64,000 nt of DNA, taken from NCBI RefSeq assembly GCF_000143415.4, contig NW_003314365.1:139902-203901 (forward strand). Direction: 5' to 3'. Shown here one piece after another: positions 1 through 11,289 of this stretch. Below the pieces are notes generated by a model, which was not told the DNA's origin, did not search any database, and saw nothing but the letters and a program-made list of their open reading frames with translations. Source of the DNA: Selaginella moellendorffii. Its lineage: Eukaryota; Plantae; Lycopodiophyta. The position numbers and the translations under genes were made by a program. The stretch's first letter is position 1; every line of letters begins with the position of its first letter.

Positions 1-1389
1 TCTACTGGTTGTTGGTGTCAGATTCGTGTCTGCAGTCAATCATGCAGTTCGGGCAGAACTTCGGGAAGACTGTCGACGGGCCAATTGTCGATAAAGTCAT
101 TGTGAGGTTGTTATTTCTTTTCTGTGCAAATATTGATAGTGGTGCGTGTTGGGTTGGGTTGTGTTCAGCCGAGTTGTGTTGGGTCGAGTGTGCTGGTGTA
201 GTATGCAGACTGGTCTTCCACTTGCTGGTGCCGAGATGGAGTTTGATGAAGAGTTTCGGATATTTGGGTTTGTCTGGAATGATTTCTTTGATAATGTCGT
301 CGAGTTGTTCGAGTCCGGATTGGGCGATGGCGTGATTGGCGAGAGTTGTTGCAACGAACGTGTTGATTTCGAACCGAGTTCAGACTATTGTTTTGGTGCT
401 GAGCTGCTGACTCTATCGGAGGGGTTGTCGAAAAATTGGTGGTGCATTGTCAAGTTGTCCCTCGACAAGTTCTCTGATACCGGGTAATAGAGTGATGGGT
501 TCGTCGTTGGTGTAGGTTCTGAGGATGTGCTTCAGTATTTGGAGTGGACGCAGGAATTGGAATTGTGTCGGAGCGCTAGGATTGCTGGGTCGACGACTGC
601 ATGGAAGATGAGTTCGTTTCAGCAGTGGTGTCGGTTTGTGTCGAGCGCGCTGGTTGAGGTCTCAAGCTTGGAGTGGGTGGTCTTGTGCTCGGAGATGGAG
701 TTCGCCAATGAAGCTGTTGAGGGCGTCCGCTGATGAAGGTGCTGGTAGATTGGAGTTTCTTGTCAAAGAGGGCTGTTGGTGGTCTTTGTTGGTGATTGGA
801 CTCGGAGATCGAGAGAGAGAGAGCTTTCAGATTCTGCAAAGATCTCCTCTGGGAAGGGTCTGCCTCTTCTACGTTGGGCAGCGATCGCTTGGACGCTGTT
901 GATCCATATTGGTGATGGCATTTGTTTGTTGAATTTGGGCGAATTGGGTAGCAAATTGGGTGGCAAATTGGGTAGCGAATTTTGGCAAGTTGGGTAGATT
1001 GCTTGATCGTTCTTGCTATCTGCGCACAAAGAATGGAGAAAGAATGGAAGAATTTGTGAACCTAAAGGGGAATTCAAAAGCCCTGGTTGCCAAATGAAGA
1101 GGTGTGAAAACTCCTCTTTGCTGGAAATCTATTGTTAGTAAGAAAACAAAAGAGAAAAAAGCCCGATCTCCAAGGGCAGAGAAGAAGCACGAGAAAAAGA
1201 ATGTTATGTATTAATAAGAAAAATGATGGAATGGAGATAGGGATCCACAATTCGGATTCCCCCTTTTGAAAGGCTAGCGGTTCTAACTGCTAGCATATAC
1301 TATATGCTGTGCATGATTTAATCTATGGCTCCGATGCAACCTTGGGTTCAAAGTCAGAGTCCCCTGAGCCTGGGTTTTTGGTTAATACA
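1..1389 (-). mobile_element. 5' part of a degenerate LTR retrotransposon (LTR 1095-1389, PBS-like site, decayed internal region running off the window)
   Basis: On the minus strand a 295 bp segment starts TGTATTAACC (1389) and ends CTCTTCA (1095). It is followed by TTTGGCAACCAGGGC, in PBS position. Homology to the tandem-array unit starts abruptly at 1390. Internal ORFs are broken and no gag/pol motif was recognised. Confidence 0.55.
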
Positions 1390-1705
1390 CGATATGTCAA
1401 GTGTAGTGCTTCGCGTAAGCTTGTGGGTGTGACTAGGCTAGTGGAGTCATGTTTTAAAGCTTCTCCTTGTCCCTTACCATGCTCGCAGTGGCTTAACGTA
1501 CCCATGAGCAGTTGAGGGACTTCTTCGAACCTCACAGATCCTTGTGTTGTATCATCGCCTCGCTTGCCATGCTTCTTCTCTTGTCAGCCCATCAGCTATG
1601 CAGAGTCTAAACCTGCAAGCAGCTCTTGAGGAATTGTTTGCTCTCACTTGATGCTCGATCAAAGCTCTCACAACGTACTCGGGACTAGACTACAGTGGAT
1701 ATCAC

Positions 1706-2089
1706 NNNNNNNNNNNNNNNNNNNNNNNNNNNNNNNNNNNNNNNNNNNNNNNNNNNNNNNNNNNNNNNNNNNNNNNNNNNNNNNNNNNNNNNNNNNNNNN
1801 NNNNNNNNNNNNNNNNNNNNNNNNNNNNNNNNNNNNNNNNNNNNNNNNNNNNNNNNNNNNNNNNNNNNNNNNNNNNNNNNNNNNNNNNNNNNNNNNNNNN
1901 NNNNNNNNNNNNNNNNNNNNNNNNNNNNNNNNNNNNNNNNNNNNNNNNNNNNNNNNNNNNNNNNNNNNNNNNNNNNNNNNNNNNNNNNNNNNNNNNNNNN
2001 NNNNNNNNNNNNNNNNNNNNNNNNNNNNNNNNNNNNNNNNNNNNNNNNNNNNNNNNNNNNNNNNNNNNNNNNNNNNNNNNNNNNNNNNN
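1706..2089. other. Assembly gap (384 N)
   Basis: Run of N. Confidence 0.99.
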
Positions 2090-2097
2090 TGCATAAT

Positions 2098-2196
2098 TTG
2101 GACGGGAACCTGTTGGCCGGATATCTGGCTCGAATAAAAACAATTATTGGCAAGGTCACAGGTTCGAACCCACAGCCAGAGACCCAATTAAATTTT
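2098..2196 (+). ncRNA. Pol III-type (A box/B box) structured element, type 1; SINE-like or ncRNA
   Basis: A-box-like TGGCCGGATATCTGG, B box GGTTCGAACCC, internal inverted repeats, T-run downstream. Confidence 0.55.
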
Positions 2197-2523
2197 ACTT
2201 CGCTTGCGCAAGAATTTGCCGGCACCTGGGTCTTTATGGAATTCGCTGGAGTGCTTGAGCAGCAGCAGCAGCCACGATGATCATGGTCAGTGTGTCGATC
2301 TAGCCCAGACTCTTCCTTTTGCTTTAAAGTCATGCTGGAACGCGTCTCAGCATTGCTCGCTTGAACGCCAACAGGTTTGGACGAGGAGAGGAGCTTAAAC
2401 TTGCAGCCCGCGTGACTCGCAATGCAGCCTTGTCTACGAAAGTATCATTGCATTTCAGCTAGAGGGGGTGTCCAAGTTTGAATCCACCACTAGCTCCTCC
2501 TACATGCTTCGTCAAAATAGCGA

Positions 2524-3135
2524 ATGGCCGAGGACTACTGACGACCTGGATAACGATACGCTGCTCCACACTTTCGAGCAGCGTTTGACTGCCGCGCTTG
2601 TGCCAATCTCATGTAAGAAAGAGTGGAGCTGAGCGAGAGCGTAGCCTTTCTTCTCTCTAGTTTCTCGCAGTGGCTTGACGTGGGTCCTTGCAGATCATTG
2701 TGTTGTATCATTCCACCGCTTGTCATGCTTCTTCTTTGCTCTCACCTGACGCTCGATCAAGGCTCTCACAGGCTGCAGTGAATAACAAAGGAATCACTGG
2801 TGCATCAACCCTCAGGTTCTGAGTCTAATCAGTTGCACCAAATCAGGGATGTGCCTCTCGTGTTTTTGGGAGTGAGTATTTAATTTCATGGTCTTGAACA
2901 TGGCCAGAGGATTTGATCTTGCAAAGAAGAGAGAAACAAATAAATACCCCAACCTCCAGCACTCTTGACATTTCCAGATGCCTCTCAACTCTGCTCTTCA
3001 AGAGGGTGGTTGGATCAAATCAAACTTGCTCATTTTCCAGAAACTTTTCTTGTTCCGAGAAACAAATTTTGCTCCAAAAAAATTCCTGGAACCAAGAAGA
3101 GAGGCTTGGAAACGTTCGCGCGAACTTGCCCACGT
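2524..3135 (+). pseudogene. Heavily deleted F-box/LRR relic (older paralog of 12011-12960); also at ~13432-14030 and ~24106-24715
   Basis: Shares blocks such as GACCTGGATAACGATACGCTGCTCC and CAGCACTCTTGACATTTCCAGATGCC with 12011-12960. Confidence 0.6.
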
Positions 3136-3224
3136 GATTGATACGGAACAAGAAATCAGCACGCGTGCCATTCACTCAAAATCAATAACAAGCGAAACAC
3201 TTTAACAGGCTATTAATGTTTAAT

Positions 3225-3330
3225 TTGGACGGGAACCTGTTGGCCGGATATCTGGCTAGAATAAAGAAATTTATTGGCAAGGTCACAGGTTCGAATCCAC
3301 AGCCAGAGAACCACCTAAACACACTTTTTT
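3225..3330 (+). ncRNA. Pol III-type element, type 1 (paralog)
   Basis: Same core, B box GGTTCGAATCC, T6 at 3325-3330. Confidence 0.55.
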
Positions 3331-4329
3331 CAAGTGTAGGCGATGTTGGAGTTTCTCCGCGATATTGGAATTTCCTTGTTTCTCCCTCCCGCAGGCTCGA
3401 GAGACAAAAAAGACAGTGGTCGATCTAGCCCAGAAAGAAAGGATGCTGGGATGTGTCTCTCGCTTGGAACGATAATAGATTTGGAGGAGGAACTTGCGCC
3501 TCGCGTGACTCGCAATGCCACCCTTGTTACGATCGCACAGAGTGCTGCAGACTGCCAAGGAAGAACACGAACGCTGAGCGGCACACTCTGCAAGCTGGAA
3601 CGCGAGCGATTGAGCGGAGCAGAGACAGGACACGACCCTGGACATCGGTTTACCGATGCCCAAGAGTTTTGGCAACCTTCGAATGGCTGTGAGTCATGAT
3701 CTCCAGCCCAGAGGACAGGTCCAACTAGCATCGGACTTTTCCCCACTCTTTCATTCTCCAGCGCTGAAATTTGGCTCGACACTGGCCTCGTCTTAAATGC
3801 TTCTTAACGTATATCATACCTTCACCATAACGGCGCAAGCTCTCGCTCACTTCTAAGCATCCTTTCTAAACCCGTGGGAACGTTTTATAAGGCTGTCATC
3901 CTTTCTGCGGTTGTCAAGTTCAAGAAAGAAACCATTATGGAATGAAGATTTCACCACTGAATCCCTGGGATAACCTACCTTTTCTTCTTTTGAGAAACAA
4001 AGTTTCCCTAACGACTGAATGTCCGAAGATGGCTTGTTTGAGCATTGAAGATTAAATTGATCCAGGCACGCTCTTGATTAGCAGCAAAGTTAAGAGTACA
4101 AGGCTGGAGGTACTTGTCTGTTCTTTCAAATCCTAGGGAGCTTGAGATTTCATCAAGGGGCTTTCTTGTCGTGTTCTATCCAAGTTTGATGCTTGTTCCT
4201 AGCAGCAACAAGAAAAAATCCATGAAATTTCAAGTCACACCCTGTGTGAAGAAGAGGGGGCAATGCATGGAAAGTACTCGGGGACAAAAGGTGGCTGTCC
4301 ACAACAAGAGTATTCAGAGCAAAAAGGGC

Positions 4330-5260
4330 GAAAGATGAACTGTGGGAAAGCAATGCTTTCACTACAACGTACATCCCTTGTGCCCTGCTGATCAATCCAA
4401 AAGCCACAACGCTGGTGGTAGTGCAGCAGCTCCTCCGTCCCGCGTTTAAATTCTACAAGCTCTTGCCAGGTGCAAGGTTCCATGGCCGTTTGCGACAAGA
4501 GAAATGCTGGTCACGTCTTTCGAACTGGAGCTACCTGAATTGGATGCCGTGGTTGGCTGCTTGCGAACAGTTAAGCTATCAATCACTGTGCCTCTTTTGT
4601 TATTTTATTCACTCCAATGGTGGTGATTTGCCAGGTCCCCCAGGAAGCAGAGACTATCGTCAAGGAGACCATCCATGGTTTTAATGCTTCTCATTTGCCT
4701 CCTCCAAAAGAGGGCGTCATTCGCATGGAAGCCAACGGTGGATTCATCCTCCAGAAGATTAGCGACGAGAAATGCTACACAAGGTACGCTATTAGTTTTT
4801 TTTTTTTTTGTTTTCTTCTTAAGATAGTCACTACTTCTTTTACAGAGCAGTAATACACCTGGACCTTAAGGTCGACCTTGTTCCGACATGGGTGATTAAC
4901 TTCCTTGGGCGTCAAGTTGTGGGACACGGCTTCAGGCTATACCTCAAGGTATATTTCTTTCCTTTTCGGGTGAAAAATGTCTAAGCTTTGTGTGTACAAC
5001 AGACTGTTTCTTCTGTTAAAGAGAGCAAAGTGTTTCAAGAATGCATCAGGCAACAGCCACTCTACAGCCACATAATGTTACAGATGCTACCAAAATCGAG
5101 CCACCAAAATGGATACAAGAGTTGAGGTGCTTTTCATAAGAAGTATTCATAAGAAGTATTCATAAGAGCATTTACATTTATAAACAATTTATAAACAAAG
5201 AGGAGCTTGAGGCCCACCGATACTCCTGAAAAGTCCGAACTTATTCATGAGACATATGCA
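4330..5260 (+). pseudogene. START/SRPBCC-like lipid-binding protein relic with retained introns; also ~15480-16410
   Basis: Exon peptides CKVPWPFATREMLVTSFELE, TIHGFNASHLPPPKEGVIRMEANGGFILQKISDEKCY and DLKVDLVPTWVINFLGRQVVGHGFRLYLK, separated by short GT-AG introns. The 5' part is broken. Confidence 0.65.
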
Positions 5261-5309
5261 AGGTGGGTTTATAAGATTTCTGTTGTTTTGCATGTCTAGA
5301 AAAATCTGC

Positions 5310-6140
5310 TGCAGTCAAGCTCAAGAAAGAAACCATTCTCTTCTCGATGGAATGAAACTCTCACTTGCTCCATGCTCTGGCGAGGCCATGGCAAACAAAA
5401 TGGGCGGACTCTTCGTCTCAATCTGACAAGCAGCTGATGCAAAGGCTACTTTTGAGAAACAAAGCGTAAGTATGCTGCAACAAGAACCAGCAACAGCCAT
5501 TTAAGGTATTGTCGTGGAAGATGGCTTGGCTGAGCTCGAGTTTGATTTGATCCAGGCACCCTGGTCCCATCTATTCTTCACTTGGTTGTCAAAGCTTGGA
5601 GGTCCATAGGTTTCGATCCTTTCAAATCCTGCTCCAACTTTTGATGCCTTTTCTTGGCAATAATATATTGCTCTGAAACCGTGAAAGCTTACTCACCTGC
5701 AAAAAAAACTCTAGGGTTGCACCAGACATCCAATAAACCAGAGAAGCTCTCGAGGAAAATCCTAGATTTAACATAAACAAGTCACACCTCATGGAATTGA
5801 TGGTGATCTTGGTACAACTAACTAATTAAGCTTGTCCTCAAACACATGGTTTTGGCATTTGTCTTTCACACTATTGTCCAATCTTGTGAAAGCCTTGACC
5901 GAGCTTAAACTCAATCAGCTGAGAACAAGCTGTCTCAAAAGTTTCCAAAGAGCAGAAGGCATAATACAAAGGTCACAAACTCGTCTCATCACAAGTTGCA
6001 TTGTGGTCACTCCACGCCTTGGATGTTGATGAACTACAGGCCTCCATTTATCTTGGAAAATACATCTATGAGGAATGAAGCAATCTGGACAATAGTATAA
6101 GCAAAATGAGCACGAGAAGAACCATACATACCGTGGAAAA
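5310..6140 (-). pseudogene. LRR-region relic, paralog of 9990-10820; also ~16460-17290 and ~25681-26430, with a more diverged paralog at ~3800-4160 and ~14935-15310
   Basis: Direct sequence similarity (GTCAAGCTCAAGAAAGAAACCATT... block); stops and frameshifts. Confidence 0.5.
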
Positions 6141-6169
6141 GCATGAGTTCTACACTCAAAACGACACAC

Positions 6170-6330
6170 ACATGGCACGGGCAATGTTCGATCAAATGCC
6201 CGAGTGCCACAACATTGTCGCATGGACTGCTAGGCCTACGCTCTCACTGGGAATTTCTTCCACGCTTTAATTTGATCCTCTACCAGGAGATGGTCTTGGA
6301 AGGAATGGCTCCCGACTAGATCACATTCAC
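6170..6330 (+). pseudogene. PLS-type PPR fragment; also ~17320-17480 and ~26457-26620
   Basis: ARAMFDQMPECHNIVAWTA and LILYQEMVLEGMAPD*ITF match PPR S/P motifs. Confidence 0.7.
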
Positions 6331-6811
6331 TTCCGAAATCAGAAAAGTTCTTTGTCAGGATGTACCATCTAGTAGGACGAAACTGGCCTCAAGAATGCTA
6401 GAGCATAAGTTATAACATGTAGCTACGTAAATGATGAACCTATGCAGAGGCTTGCCCGATCGTGGAACACTAGTACACGCAAGGTGGATTGTTAACATTG
6501 AGGATGTCATTGTCGTGTGCTAAAGTGGCCTGAAGAACGCCACCGTGATTGGATTCCTTGTGATTCCATCACTCTTTTAGCTAATAGAGCTTCTAATTAC
6601 AATCTTTTACAAGGAACCCACAGTACAAAGACTAAGCTCGGTTACAATCTTTTAAAATGAACCCAAGACTAAGCTCAATAATGAAGATTAGGCCATTGTT
6701 GGAATGCCCATTTTAGGGAGTTGTGCTCTTATTGGATAGCTCATTGTAACGCTTGAGCTAAATGCTTTTCAATTAAAACGTACAATAATATGCTTTGCCT
6801 CCTGTGGGAAC

Positions 6812-7509
6812 ATGCAGTCTATGTTAGGAGATCTCAGCAGGCATGGTGGATCAATGTTCCATCTGGAATGGATGAAATTTCTTGCTCAAGGTGCTCGTCT
6901 GACCACATTCCACAGCAATATTCTGAAGCTGTACGTGAAGGAGATATTCGATGGGTTGTACAAAGAGATCAGGAAGATCCTGGTGCCGTTCATGTGGATG
7001 TTGTGCTGCCATTTGAATGGAAATTCGGGGGTTGGTAAGCCTGCATTCGTCTGGTACTTCCGGTCATGATCTACGAGTCCAGAGCGACTGTTTTGATGTT
7101 CAAGGGTAACAAAGCTCAGGGTGGTGAATAGAGAAGACTTCCCTCAGGAGATTGTGCTGGACAGCAAAGTAGATACCATCTCATCGATCTGTGAGTGGAC
7201 TTGGGGCGGATGGTTGGAAATAAAACCCTTGTTGCTGCTTCATCACCAGACGAGTTCAATGTCAGAAAAGCCAAGCGGACAACGTTCACTCGCTATCTGC
7301 CTGCGTGGGAAAAGCACGAGTACGATGCTCTTGTGTCTTCTTGGAGGAAACGCGTGACAGACTATGAGAGTGGATCGGAAGAAGCCAAAGAGATAACGCA
7401 GAGAGTGAATGCTGCTGAAATGGCGTTTGAATGGTTTGGAGGTATCCCCTGGTTTCTTTGGGATGTAGAAGCAAACGGTCTGACTGTGGAAGCTTTCGAA
7501 AGGGATTGA
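6812..7509 (+). pseudogene. Crinkler/RHS-type P-loop NTPase relic
   Basis: LYVKEIF, Walker A GNSGVGK(P/S), Walker B-like YHLID, ASSP, YLPAW, FGGIPW in order across frameshifts. Confidence 0.6.
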
Positions 7510-7579
7510 AGCACCTGAGTATGGTTCTGACTCCTGATTTTGTCCTTCAAGCGTTTTGAGCGTTGGTGGTCCAGGAAAC

Positions 7580-7790
7580 TAAGGTGCGCATCTTCATGCT
7601 CTCAAACATGCTCCTGGCGGCGCTCAAGTTGAAACTTGCGTGAGAGCTATCCAGCAGACAATGGTCTTGCGCAGGATCTCGTGAACGGCCTTGTCAAAAT
7701 GCCCATTCTCGCAAATGCGAGGATCCACGGTACTGGATTCTTCTCCGGGATTTGACCGAAGGTGTTCTTCGTGAGGGCAACGACGCCTTG
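7580..7790 (-). pseudogene. PPR fragment (present in all 3 units)
   Basis: Minus-strand peptides TFGQIPEKNPVPW, ENGHFDKA, RKTIVCWIAL, LSAARSMFESMKMR. Confidence 0.55.
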
Positions 7791-7952
7791 GATGGTCCTA
7801 ATGATGGAAGTCGTTGTAATTCTTAGGATACTACTTTATCCATCACGAATAGCATCAATACAGTAATCACTTCGAAGCTTTTAAAATAGGATCTACATAT
7901 TTTGTCTTGGTAATGGGAGATTTCACTTCCTGAACATAGTCGCTTCTATATA

Positions 7953-8453
7953 TCAGGTGAAGCAAGATCTAACGTCCACATCTTGATTGATTTCATTTGC
8001 TGTTAAATCCATCCATTTTTTGAATTTTTTTTGTGTGTGGCTATCCGGCACCAGGAATCGTCTAAAATCCATGGTGAGGCTCTTTGGGTATCGAGGTTTC
8101 TTCATTTGAATCCTTGGAATCTTTCGGTTTTCGGTTTTCGACATCCAAGCCGGCTCCCTTTCGTCCTTGGGCGGCTGGATGCCTTGGATGATCGCCGCAT
8201 TTTGCCGCGTCTTGGCGTCCGGAAGGGATGTGTCAGGGAGCGAAGCAATTGCGTCAGAATAGATGCAGCTGAGCTCCTGGACAAGCTCGTCCCAAGTCCG
8301 GCACGACGGGCCCATTGTGTAGTTGAGAGAGAGGGGATGGAAAACGTCGCCTTTGTCTGGGTGTAACCGGATGGAGAGCTCCGAGGGATTCAAGCCACCC
8401 AAACATCGAGAGATGGCAGCTTTCCGCTGCACAGCGCGAAACCGTAGCCGCAC
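7953..8453 (-). other. Open frame with a J-domain-like LSIRLHPDK motif; also 19047-19514 and 28214-28714
   Basis: HPD motif in a DnaJ-like context; frame open in 3 copies; no ATG start. Confidence 0.35.
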
Positions 8454-9094
8454 TAAAATCTAACGGTTTGGATGGTATATTCTAAGATATCCTTTAATCC
8501 AACGGCTGTGATGTATCGCTCTTAACCTTTTATTTGTTTGTAGTTACCACTAATATAAACTGCGTTTAAAAGTTCATTCTCATTCACTATTTCTAGCTTG
8601 TTGTCTAGCGTCTTTCTTGTTCAAATGGTGAGGAAGGCTTGCATATGCTGGCAGGGTCATCGAGAATTCAATGGCACAACATTGTGTGTGATTGATAGAT
8701 TATGCTGAAGTGACAACTGATGAGAATTTGGTATATATGATCGAATTGGTAAGCTCAATGGCATGTTTGTGCTGTTTGTGTGCTACTGGAGCAAATCAAA
8801 TATATATATCTTCCCTTCCACAAAATTTGATTGCATGAGTACAGTGGAGATGCACCTAAGTTAATACTTTTTAATGATCTGTTTGTTTAAGTCTGTAATA
8901 ATGGATTCCATTGATTACAAGTTTGGTTTTGCTTCTTTACTATGATCTAGTACCAACTTAACAACACAGTTAATCTTAGGTGAGATTTTGAGGAGAGCCA
9001 CTCTCACTAGTAGATTGTATAGTGTTAAGAAAAAGGAAAATAATAAAATGGTCCAGAAACTCAACACAGTTAATTTAATAATAAAATAATGAAA

Positions 9095-9232
9095 TAGTGT
9101 TCATGTTAGGGGGCGACCCTAACACCGTATTATTCTTAATTGAAAGTCGAGGCGGATGGGAATCGAACCCAGCAACCCTTCACAATAGAACATTACAGCG
9201 TGCATGCTATAACCACAAAGCCATGAACACTG
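9095..9232 (-). mobile_element. 138 bp tRNA-derived element, type 2, with terminal inverted repeats
   Basis: Ends are TAGTGTTCATG and CATGAACACTG. The minus strand has A box TGGCTTTGTGG, a CTGTAA (GTA) loop and B box GGTTCGATTCCC. Perfect 8 bp hairpin at 9104-9124. Confidence 0.55.
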
Positions 9233-9289
9233 GGAGATAACAAAATATTATTTCAGCACCTCTTATTTGAAAAACAAGATTTGGAATCC

Positions 9290-9690
9290 ATCTGATTGTC
9301 CACGTGGACGACATCCAGGGGCTGCGAGGCCAGAGGATCCACGCGCGGATCCTGGAGAGCAGCTACTGGCCGAATCAATACCGTCTTCATCCGGCATGAA
9401 ATCAAACATTTCTTTGGAGGTGGTCTGCTATTCACTGCTGGAAGGGGAACCCATGGAACGTCCTGTCATTCTGGGCAGTAGATTCGTCCAGGACACCAGA
9501 TCCTTGGCCGGCGTTTTTGCCCAAGCTCGATTTCGCTGCCACAATTTGCCCCTGCTGCGCGAGAGCCATTATCATCGAGTTCCATGGCGCTCTGAGAGGC
9601 AATCAAACATAGACTCTCACTCTCGGATGCGGGATGCCGCCACATACGCGGTGACCATCGCGTTCCAGGAGACGATAATCGAACAAGATT
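9290..9690 (-). pseudogene. PPR fragment; also ~19910-20310
   Basis: SIIVSWNAMVTAY motif on the minus strand. Confidence 0.55.
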
Positions 9691-9869
9691 GACGCCGCAT
9701 CGATCGAATGCCCTGTTCTTGCTGCTCGCATTTGCCAGCGAAAGGGAATATCGCGCGATCCAAGAGCCTGAACCGTGGATCATTCGGGGGGATCGGCACG
9801 AGAGAAGATTTAGCTCCAGCAACGCTGCCGAGAGCGACTTTGCGGAGAAGAGAAATCCCTCGTTCATAC

Positions 9870-9971
9870 AAAAAAAATTGATTGGGTCTCTGGCTGTGGG
9901 TTCGAACCTGTGACCTTGCCAATATATTTTTTTATTCTAGCCAGATATCCGGCCATCAGGTTCCCGTCCAA
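9870..9971 (-). ncRNA. Pol III-type element, type 1 (inverted copy)
   Basis: Reverse complement of the core, followed by T8. Confidence 0.55.
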
Positions 9972-9989
9972 AGTCTACACTAATTGCTT

Positions 9990-11125
9990 CTTAACGTATA
10001 CCATCATGTAAACAGCGGCGCAAGAGATTTTCGTTTTGTGGGCGCATGGCGCGCAGCGCGTTGCTGCTGTCAAGCTCAAGAAAGAAACCATTCTCTTCTC
10101 GATGGAATGAAACTCTCACTTTCTCCATGCTCTGGCGAGGCCATGGCAAACAAAACGGGTTGGATGGACTCTGCATCTCAATCTGAGCAAGCAGCTGATG
10201 CAGAAGCTACTTTTGAGAAACAAAGTATAAGTATGCTGCAACAAGAACCAGCAACATCCGTTTAAGATATTGTTCTGGAAGATGGCTTGTCTGAGCTCGA
10301 GTTTGATTTGATCCAGGCACCATGGTCCCGGGAATCTATTCTTCACTTGGTTGTCCAAGCTGGAGGTCCATAGGTTTGGATCGTTTCAAATCCTCGGGGC
10401 GTGAGACTCTGGAGCTCCAATTTTTGATGCCTTCTCTTGGCAATAATATAATATATTGCTCTGAAACCGTGAAAGCTTACTCACCCGCAAACAAAACTCC
10501 AGGGTTGCACCAGAGATCCAATAAACCTGTGAGAGCCTTGACCAAGCTCAAACTCAATCAGCTCAGAGCAAGCTTTCTCAAAAGTTTCCAAAGAGCAGAT
10601 GGCATAACACAAAAAACGTATACCAGGTCACCAACTCATCTCATCACAAGTTGCGTTGTGGTCACTCCACGCCTTGGATGTTGATGAACTACAGGCCTCC
10701 ATTTTATCTTGGAAAATGCTCGAGGCCAAAGGGTGGCGAAGATGAGGAATGAAGTGATCTGGACTGGACAAGAGTATAAGCAAAATGAGCACGAGAAGAA
10801 CCACACATACCGCGGAAAAGCAGTGCTTGTGCTTGTGAGCCTAGTTTGAAGATGTCTGAGACTGAGAAGAAAGACCATGCTGCTCGACTCATAGAGCACG
10901 CCCGGCAGCAGCACACCGCCCGGGTAAAGAGCCCCCTGGATCGAAAATGTGCAGCAGTAGCGTATAATGGCAATGGCGGTGGTTTTCCATGGCATCGTTC
11001 TTGAGCCTTGACGAGGAGGTGCCATCCAGCGAAGATTTGCAGGAAGGAGGAGCGATCTCCAGCGGTGGGCGCCTGGGCGAGAATGCGGTGAGCACAGATC
11101 TGGGAGGGGGAAGGCGCATCCACGA
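9990..11125 (-). pseudogene. F-box/LRR gene relic (minus); also ~20610-21746
   Basis: LPDLC..HRILAQAPTAGDRSSFLQIFAGWHLL resembles an F-box, followed by Leu-rich decayed sequence. Confidence 0.45.
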
Positions 11126-11289
11126 GGAAAATCGTCTCCAGCGGCCTCGAGGTTCCTTGCTAATCTGGTCATAGAAAGGTATGGAAAGTGCGGGCGCTGG
11201 AAATCTTCCAGAAGATGAAAGATCGAGGTTCTTTCTCGTGGAAGACTGCGATCGCGGCATTTGCCCTTGTTACTCTTTTTCGAGCATCC

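Noticed and set aside
1648-2333. Long ORFs spanning the N-run
   Set aside because: Artefacts of translating N
9085-9124. Helitron 3' end (hairpin + CTRR)
   Set aside because: On the minus strand the hairpin is followed by CTAT, not CTRR, and lies inside the inverted-repeat pair
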